A DNA stretch of 4,333 bases from a virus (taxonomy: Duplodnaviria > Heunggongvirae > Uroviricota > Caudoviricetes). Below are positions 1 through 4,333 of this stretch, piece after piece (positions within the stretch are counted from its first letter, which is position 1; each line of letters begins with the position of its first letter). The DNA lies in IMG/VR virus record IMGVR_UViG_2660238126_000003, positions 1 to 4,333 of that record. One strand, given 5' to 3'. A model generated the notes under the pieces. It was given only the letters and a program-made list of their open reading frames with translations, did not search any database and had not been told where the DNA came from. Position numbers and translations under genes: made by a program.

Positions 1-240
1 CCAGTAAATACATCTGGGCGGTAAGCCAGGTGGCATGAACCGGCCAGGCATCGGGATAGACAAACACCTGGATCACTATCGTCATTCCTGCCAGCACTAG
101 TGCGGAAAAACGGCGCGACGAAGGCGATGGCGAAGGTGGCGAGCGACTGTAGCGTTGCTGCCGTTGGATCGCCCTGCGGGAAGAAGATATGCGGAAACAC
201 AATAACGGCCGCAGTGGCGTAAATGTAAAAGTCGAAGAAC
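1..240 (-). CDS. Fragment of an MFS-type (metabolite:H+ symporter-like) transporter; missing its 5' end at the 241 junction and running off the window start; reading frame is not continuous (see findings)
   Basis: Minus-strand translation from 239 downward gives FFDFYIYATAAVIVFPHIFFPQGDPTAATLQSLATFAIAFVA, a pattern typical of TM1-loop-TM2 of MHS-family MFS transporters (compare the WYDF..Y..A motif in ProP/ShiA/KgtP-type proteins). Downstream (1-100) a different minus frame is the hydrophobic one (RRFSALVLAGMTIVIQVFVYPDAWPVHATWLTAQMYLL). Identity of the gene is not established. Confidence 0.4.
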
Positions 241-245
241 NNAAT

Positions 246-1022
246 GGCGCGAACGTCTGGCCACTGAACACCGTTCAATTTTCTAATCACACCCAATACG
301 GCAAATGGACTGGCTGCGTGATGCCGCCCAGCCATTTAACCGAAATTGTGCAAGGCATTGCCGCCATTGATAAATTACACACCTGTGATGCCGTGTTAAG
401 TGGCTATCTGGGATCGGCGGAGCAGGGTGAACATATCCTCGGTATCGTCCGTCAGGTGAAAGCCGCGAATCCGCAGGCGAAATATTTTTGCGATCCGGTA
501 ATGGGTCATCCGGAAAAAGGCTGTATCGTTGCACCGGGTGTCGCAGAGTTTCATGTGCGGCACGGTTTGCCTGCCAGCGATATCATTGCGCCGAATCTGG
601 TTGAGCTGGAAATACTCTGTGAGCATGCGGTAAATAACGTCGAAGAAGCGGTTCTGGCAGCGCGCGAACTCATTGCGCAAGGGCCACAAATTGTGTTGGT
701 TAAACACCTGGCGCGAGCTGGCTACAGCCGTGACCGTTTTGAAATGCTGCTGGTCACCGCCGATGAAGCCTGGCATATCAGCCGTCCGCTGGTGGATTTT
801 GGTATGCGCCAGCCGGTAGGTGTTGGTGATGTGACGAGCGGTTTACTGCTGGTGAAACTGCTTCAGGGGGCAACGCTGCAGGAGGCGCTGGAACATGTGA
901 CCGCTGCAGTCTACGAAATCATGGTGACCACCAAAGCAATGCAGGAATATGAGCTGCAAGTGGTGGCTGCTCAGGATCGTATTGCCAAACCAGAACATTA
1001 CTTCAGCGCAACAAAGCTCTGA
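246..1022 (+). CDS. pdxY: Pyridoxal kinase PdxY (ribokinase superfamily), 5'-truncated; the first ~38 codons and the native start/RBS are absent
   Basis: ORF 189..1022 translation from residue 20 onward ([47 protein letters not shown]...[15 protein letters not shown] stop at 1020-1022) matches my recollection of E. coli PdxY. The first 19 residues of the track ORF (MRKHNNGRSGVNVKVEEXN) cross the nn at 241-242 and do not match PdxY. Confidence 0.9.
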   Translation, partial: GANVWPLNTVQFSNHTQYGKWTGCVMPPSHLTEIVQGIAAIDKLHTCDAVLSGYLGSAEQGEHILGIVRQVKAANPQAKYFCDPVMGHPEKGCIVAPGVAEFHVRHGLPASDIIAPNLVELEILCEHAVNNVEEAVLAARELIAQGPQIVLVKHLARAGYSRDRFEMLLVTADEAWHISRPLVDFGMRQPVGVGDVTSGLLLVKLLQGATLQEALEHVTAAVYEIMVTTKAMQEYELQVVAAQDRIAKPEHYFSATKL

Positions 1023-1034
1023 AATATCTCATTT

Positions 1035-1058
1035 CGGCCCACAACGACCTGTGGGCCG
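1035..1058. terminator. Perfect 9-bp GC-rich hairpin (cggcccaca / acgacc loop / tgtgggccg) between the convergent pdxY and gstA; candidate bidirectional terminator or mRNA 3'-stabilising stem-loop
   Basis: Inverted repeat read directly at 1035-1043 and 1050-1058, 13 nt after the pdxY stop and 8 nt after the gstA stop. Neither side has a strong U-tract, so terminator function is uncertain. Confidence 0.4.
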
Positions 1059-1065
1059 ATGGATA

Positions 1066-1671
1066 TTACTTTAAGCCTTCCGCTGACAGCGCGTCTTGTA
1101 CTTCCGGACGTTCAGCCATACGTTGCATAAATGCTGCAATGTGCTCTAACCCTTCCAGATTCAGTTTCACCGCGTATGCCCAGCGCAGAACCGTAAACAG
1201 ATAGGCATCAGCAATTGTAAATCTTTGCCCGCAGATCCAGTGCTCATCCTTCAGTGCCTCGTTCACATATTGCAGCTTCTTCTCCAGCTGCGCGCGAACT
1301 GTCGGTTTGTACTCTTCCGGTGTATCAGGGCGAAACAGAGGTGTGAAACCTTTATGCAGCTCGGTGGCGATGTAATTCAGCCATTCGATGGTTTTATAGC
1401 GGGAAATACTGTTTACCGGTGCCAGCAACTGGCGGTCGGGGACGCTGTCGGCAAGATACTGCATAATCGCTACGCCTTCCGTCAGCAAAGTACCGTCATC
1501 CAGCAGCAATGCAGGCACCTGCCCCTTAGGGTTAACGACAAAGTAATCGTCACCGTTTTCGAGACGTTTTTTCATTAAATCCACACTGACGAGGGTAAAA
1601 TCCTTTCCGCTCTCACGCAGGGTGATATGGGAAGCGAGAGAGCAGGCACCCGGTTTGTAGAACAATTTCAT
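1066..1671 (-). CDS. gstA: Glutathione S-transferase GstA, complete (201 aa)
   Basis: Translation [44 protein letters not shown]...[12 protein letters not shown] matches my recollection of E. coli GstA. ATG at 1671-1669 is preceded by a GGAG Shine-Dalgarno (minus-strand aaaaGGAGttaccgATG); stop TAA at 1068-1066. Confidence 0.93.
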   Translation of the reverse strand: MKLFYKPGACSLASHITLRESGKDFTLVSVDLMKKRLENGDDYFVVNPKGQVPALLLDDGTLLTEGVAIMQYLADSVPDRQLLAPVNSISRYKTIEWLNYIATELHKGFTPLFRPDTPEEYKPTVRAQLEKKLQYVNEALKDEHWICGQRFTIADAYLFTVLRWAYAVKLNLEGLEHIAAFMQRMAERPEVQDALSAEGLK

Positions 1672-1721
1672 CGGTAACTCCTTTTGTCTGTGGTTTAAAG
1701 TATGGTAGTGCGTTGCTGAAC
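1672..1721 (-). promoter_or_regulatory. Putative gstA promoter / 5'UTR squeezed between the dtpA terminator and the gstA start
   Basis: Minus strand reads tttttttttGTTCAGCAACGCACTACCATACTTTAAACCACAGACAAAAGGAGTTACCGatg. It has only weak -35/-10-like hexamers (TTGTTC, CATACT/TTTAAA) with non-ideal spacing; the call is positional and low-confidence. Confidence 0.3.
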
Positions 1722-1754
1722 AAAAAAAAAGCCGCTAACGAAAAGTTAGCGGCT
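1722..1754 (-). terminator. Rho-independent terminator of dtpA: 10-bp stem (agccgctaac / gttagcggct), 5-nt loop, followed on the minus strand by a 9-U tract
   Basis: Read directly: plus-strand A9 (1722-1730), stem 1730-1739 and 1745-1754. On the transcribed minus strand the hairpin is immediately followed by UUUUUUUUU, 23 nt downstream of the dtpA stop. Confidence 0.8.
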
Positions 1755-1776
1755 TGTAAAAGAGTTTCCCTGAATT

Positions 1777-2970
1777 TTACGCTACAGCAGCTTTCGCCGC
1801 TTTGTCTGCAGCGTCATCCTGCGTCATACGGTGCAGTTTAGGCGCGGTCAGCAGCATCAGTACTGCAATAATGGCAGTAGCGACACCAATCTGCAAGAAT
1901 ACGCGACCATAAACTTCCAGTGACATCAGCGGGTCGGTAACGTTATCCGGCACAGCCATCATACCCGCAACATAACCACCAATCAGGTTTGCACCGGCAG
2001 TGGTCAGGAACCAGCTACCCATAATGAAGCCCATCAGACGCTGCGGAACGAGTTGTGCAACCATTGCCAGACCCAGACCAGAGATCATCAGTTCCCCGAT
2101 GCTCTGCAGGCCATAGCTTGCGACCAGCCAGCTTACAGACACGATACCAGCGTCAGACGCGAATTTCGCACCCAGCGGCAGAATCAGGAACGCACCAGAA
2201 CACATCACCATGCCGATTGCAAACTTGGTTGGCATCGGCAGGGTATCGCCCATCTTGTTATAGATAGCGGCCAGAATCGGACTACCGATGATGATCCAGA
2301 ACGGGTTCAGTGCCTGATACTGCTCAGGTTCTACGGCCAGACCCAGAATGGAGTGCTCAACGTTACGAATCGCAAAGAAGTTCAGTGACGTTGGCATCTG
2401 GCTGTACAGCACGAAGAAGATAATGGCTTCGAGCATCAGGATGAAGGCAACGATCATTTTACGACGCGCAGCACCTTTCATCGCGAAGGCTTCTTTACCG
2501 AAGATAACCACGATACCGAAGGCAACAACGCCCAGCGCCATACGCGCAACTTCCTGATTGTGCAGCAGCCAGGTGGCGATAGCGATCAGTGCCACAACAC
2601 CAATAATGGTCAGCAGCAGGTTACGGTAGTTGATAGGCTCGAAGTCTGGTTTTGAACCGTACTGTTTAACCCAGCGTTGGCAGAAGGCGAAGTTAACGAT
2701 AGTGATCAGCAGGCCTACAACGCTCAACGCAAACGCAACACTCCAGCCGTATTTCGCGGCCAGCCACGGCGTAGCAATCATAGAGAAGAAAGAGCCGATG
2801 TTGACGGACATGTAGTACATGGTGAATGCACCGTCCAGACGCGGGTCGTTTTTCTCATAGCATGTAGAAAGCAGAGAAGACGGGTTAGCTTTAAACAGGC
2901 CGTTACCGACCGCAATAGCCGCCATACCCATATAAACGATACCGGCGTNGTGACCNGACNNGNNANNCNG
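1777..2970 (-). CDS. dtpA: Dipeptide/tripeptide permease DtpA (TppB/YdgR; POT/PTR2 family), 5'-truncated; about 100 N-terminal codons and the promoter are absent
   Basis: ORF 1777..2931 translation ([49 protein letters not shown]...[16 protein letters not shown]) matches my recollection of the C-terminal ~385 residues of E. coli DtpA. The codons readable through the n-containing stretch 2932-2970 are compatible with the preceding DtpA residues (..LVAWSGHDAGIVY); compatibility ends at about 2970. Confidence 0.9.
   Translation of the reverse strand, partial: XXXXXGHXAGIVYMGMAAIAVGNGLFKANPSSLLSTCYEKNDPRLDGAFTMYYMSVNIGSFFSMIATPWLAAKYGWSVAFALSVVGLLITIVNFAFCQRWVKQYGSKPDFEPINYRNLLLTIIGVVALIAIATWLLHNQEVARMALGVVAFGIVVIFGKEAFAMKGAARRKMIVAFILMLEAIIFFVLYSQMPTSLNFFAIRNVEHSILGLAVEPEQYQALNPFWIIIGSPILAAIYNKMGDTLPMPTKFAIGMVMCSGAFLILPLGAKFASDAGIVSVSWLVASYGLQSIGELMISGLGLAMVAQLVPQRLMGFIMGSWFLTTAGANLIGGYVAGMMAVPDNVTDPLMSLEVYGRVFLQIGVATAIIAVLMLLTAPKLHRMTQDDAADKAAKAAVA
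2949..2969. other. Cluster of nine ambiguity codes (n) within 21 bp at the dtpA / phage junction; low-quality base calls
   Basis: Read directly: gtNgtgaccNgacNNgNNaNNcNg, with n at 2949, 2956, 2960, 2961, 2963, 2964, 2966, 2967 and 2969. A second nn pair is at 241-242, at the other end of the pdxY-gstA-dtpA block. Confidence 0.95.
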
Positions 2971-3140
2971 GGGATCACGGTCATCATCGCGTTTACATCC
3001 ATATCCATAATGGCCTGCAGGCGTGTACCGCGTAGCGCACCGGACTGCGGTTTACGCAGCACAATTTCGGTGATTTCTGTTTTACCGCGCTTGATGGGGG
3101 TATCCAGTTGAATGGTCTTTTCAGTCTGCTTATCGCTCAT
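2970..3140 (-). CDS. P2 gpE-like phage tail assembly chaperone, N-terminal 57 codons only; 3'-truncated at the 2970 junction
   Basis: ATG at 3140-3138 with AGGA Shine-Dalgarno 7 nt upstream; translation [57 protein letters not shown]. Its position directly after the tube gene matches the P2 order FI-FII-E, and the sequence pattern resembles gpE-family proteins as I recall them. The remainder of track ORF 2778..3140 is out-of-frame read-through into antisense dtpA. Confidence 0.6.
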
Positions 3141-3165
3141 TTTGCTGTCCTGTCAATTGGGTTCT

Positions 3166-3183
3166 GGCGCGGTATCCCGCGCC
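3166..3183 (-). promoter_or_regulatory. GC-rich stem-loop (7-bp stem ggcgcgg/ccgcgcc, 4-nt loop) in the FII-E intergenic spacer; possible attenuator or RNA-stability element
   Basis: Inverted repeat read directly, 11 nt downstream of the FII stop and 25 nt upstream of the E start on the minus strand. No U-tract follows, so it is not a canonical intrinsic terminator. Confidence 0.35.
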
Positions 3184-3194
3184 GTTCAGATATA

Positions 3195-3710
3195 TCAGAG
3201 GCCGAGGGCGTTGCGGTGCGCTTCCATCAGGTCCACACCGTCCACAATTTCCACCATGTTGATAAGGTCCACTTCATAGAGCACCTCACCATTGATGGTC
3301 AGCTTCGCGTAGCTGTTGGTACTGGTCACTTTGGTGGTGTTGCTTTCGCCCGTCTTCCACTCGCCGGAATCCACTTCTTTGTGACGTCCACGCACGACAA
3401 GCTCCACGGCCTGCACTTCCCCGGTATCGTCACGCTGAATAGAGCCGGTAAAGCGCAGCTGGATGCCATCCACCGTGGCTTTACCCATCTGTTTAAACAG
3501 CAGCAATTCAGTACCACCAATGGAAAATTCTGTGTCCAGCGCACTGTCATCAAGCCCCAGATCCACATCCACCGCACCCGGCATTCCGCCGCCGCGATAC
3601 TTCTCATATTTGCGGGTAAATTTCGGCAGCGTCAGCGACTCAACGATCCCCTGCCAGTTGTTCCCGTCGTTAAACAGGTTCAGGTGTTTTAATTTGCGTG
3701 GTAATGCCAT
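3195..3710 (-). CDS. P2 gpFII-like phage major tail tube protein, complete (171 aa)
   Basis: Translation MALPRKLKHLNLFNDGNNWQGIVESLTLPKFTRKYEKYRGGGMPGAVDVDLGLDD...MEAHRNALGL resembles P2 FII as I recall it. ATG at 3710-3708 with GGGGA Shine-Dalgarno; it starts 10 nt after the FI stop, the tight packing typical of phage structural operons. Confidence 0.85.
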   Translation of the reverse strand: MALPRKLKHLNLFNDGNNWQGIVESLTLPKFTRKYEKYRGGGMPGAVDVDLGLDDSALDTEFSIGGTELLLFKQMGKATVDGIQLRFTGSIQRDDTGEVQAVELVVRGRHKEVDSGEWKTGESNTTKVTSTNSYAKLTINGEVLYEVDLINMVEIVDGVDLMEAHRNALGL

Positions 3711-3719
3711 GTTGTCCCC

Positions 3720-4244
3720 TTACGCGCTGACCTGGCTGGCGAAATTCACCAGGTACTGATCGGTGATGCGCTGACGCAGCATCAGGTTTTCAAGTGGCGG
3801 CACTGGCGTGTAGTCGTAGTCGATGGTGAGTTTTCCGGCTTTCAGCGTGTCTTTGTCGTTCACCGACTCATCCAGCCAGCAATCACCACCAATGAGATAG
3901 CCCTGACTGACCAGGCTGCGCATTTTGGCGCGGATACCTTCGATAATGTCGCGGGCCAGCGACGGGTTAAGCGGTTTATCCACCGCCCACATGTGTGCTT
4001 CTGCCATCGTGTCCATCAGCACCTGCGCCGTGCGGGTGTAGTTTTCGAAGGCAAAGAGCGGGTCATCACTCAGGCAGCGGGAACCCCAGAAGCGGAAACC
4101 GTCTTTACGCACAAGCGTGGTGACGTCGTTCTGGTTCAGCAGACCTGCATCGGTTGCCGGGTCCTGCAGATCCCAGAACACATCTGCAGAAATTCCGGTG
4201 ATGCCTTCCCGTGCAGTGATATCAGTGCGCTGAAACGGGATACG
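3720..4244 (-). CDS. P2 gpFI-like contractile tail sheath protein, C-terminal portion; upstream continuation is interrupted by in-frame stops
   Basis: Translation ...[62 protein letters not shown]...[41 protein letters not shown] closely resembles the C-terminal region of P2 FI as I recall it. The track ORF start at 4181 is an internal GTG (the Val of ..SADVFWDLQ), not the true start. The frame stays open to 4244 and then meets in-frame stops at 4245-4247 and 4281-4283. Confidence 0.8.
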   Translation of the reverse strand, partial: RIPFQRTDITAREGITGISADVFWDLQDPATDAGLLNQNDVTTLVRKDGFRFWGSRCLSDDPLFAFENYTRTAQVLMDTMAEAHMWAVDKPLNPSLARDIIEGIRAKMRSLVSQGYLIGGDCWLDESVNDKDTLKAGKLTIDYDYTPVPPLENLMLRQRITDQYLVNFASQVSA

Positions 4245-4333
4245 TCAGGGGCATTCAGGATGACCACCACCTTTATGGGGTTACAGGGGAGCCAGTCGCC
4301 TCTCCCCGGTTATTACCTCGATCACCTGGCCTG

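Larger units (their letters stand above)
2970..4333 (-). mobile_element. Fragment of a P2-like (Peduovirus-type) prophage or phage tail gene module (FI-FII-E), truncated at both ends of the block
   Basis: Three consecutive minus-strand genes in the canonical P2 order sheath-tube-E with phage-like tight gene spacing; no integrase, att site or tRNA is visible in the window. Confidence 0.7.

Noticed and set aside
189-245. N-terminal 19 residues of track ORF 189..1022 (MRKHNNGRSGVNVKVEEXN), i.e. an apparently complete 277-aa kinase with an ATG start
   Set aside because: This part crosses the nn junction and lies in antisense of the transporter-like fragment. It does not match PdxY and has no convincing RBS. 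It is a chimeric read-through, not the real start.
283-776. Minus-strand ORFs 283..534 (83 aa) and 396..776 (126 aa)
   Set aside because: Both lie entirely antisense to the well-supported pdxY CDS. Their translations are low-complexity and Arg/Cys-rich with no recognisable domain, typical of spurious frames in GC-rich coding DNA.
1225-1578. Plus-strand ORF 1225..1578 (117 aa)
   Set aside because: It is antisense within gstA and has no RBS or homology signal.
2053-2815. Plus-strand ORFs 2053..2388, 2055..2267, 2348..2557 and 2630..2815
   Set aside because: All are antisense within dtpA; they are Arg/Gln/Thr-rich junk translations.
2677-3140. Plus ORF 2677..3111 (144 aa) and the full extent of minus ORF 2778..3140 (120 aa)
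   Set aside because: Both run through the n cluster and across the dtpA/phage junction. Only the first 57 codons of the minus ORF (2970..3140) are credible, as gpE; the rest is out-of-frame antisense dtpA.
3108-3759. Plus ORFs 3108..3692 (194 aa) and 3463..3759 (98 aa), and minus ORF 3326..3607 (93 aa)
   Set aside because: They fully overlap the strongly supported FII tube gene (and the FI end) in other frames or on the other strand. Their translations are His/Arg/Val-rich with no domain-like pattern. A long antisense open frame opposite a highly expressed phage gene is expected by chance at this GC content.
97-4230. Restriction-site motifs (actagt at 97-102, cctgcagg at ~3013-3020, ctgcag at ~4165-4170 and 4185-4190, gatatc at ~4219-4224) as possible evidence of an engineered construct
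   Set aside because: Six- to eight-bp palindromes are expected several times in 4.3 kb. The PstI sites arise naturally from conserved sheath codons (..ISADV.. and ..DLQD..), and none sits at the block junctions. This is not evidence of cloning.
2970-4333. Interpreting the dtpA/phage junction as a P2-like prophage site-specifically integrated into dtpA
   Set aside because: The breakpoint lies inside tail gene E, far from where the integrase/attP end of a P2-type genome would be, and no att-like repeat is present. Site-specific integration cannot produce this junction.
1-4333. CRISPR arrays, tRNA/rRNA genes, IS elements, tandem or REP-type repeats
   Set aside because: No direct-repeat/spacer periodicity, no tRNA-like cloverleaf candidates and no terminal inverted repeats with a transposase ORF were seen. 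The only inverted repeats are the three short intergenic hairpins reported above.

Overview
This 4.3 kb window looks enterobacterial (E. coli-like) and reads as three unrelated blocks joined at two abrupt mid-gene junctions that coincide with ambiguity codes. Block 1 (1-240) is a minus-strand fragment resembling the first transmembrane region of an MFS-type transporter. Block 2 (about 246-2970) is the E. coli core locus pdxY (+, 5'-truncated), gstA (-, complete) and dtpA (-, 5'-truncated), with two intergenic hairpins. Block 3 (2970-4333) is a minus-strand P2-like phage tail module: sheath FI (C-terminal part), tube FII (complete) and chaperone E (N-terminal 57 codons). I see no CRISPR array, tRNA/rRNA or novel system. 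The most notable signals are the two junctions (nn at 241-242; nine n between 2949 and 2969), which look more like concatenated contig or read ends than biology. Protein identifications rest on my recollection of E. coli K-12 and phage P2 proteins plus the supplied ORF translations; no database search was run.
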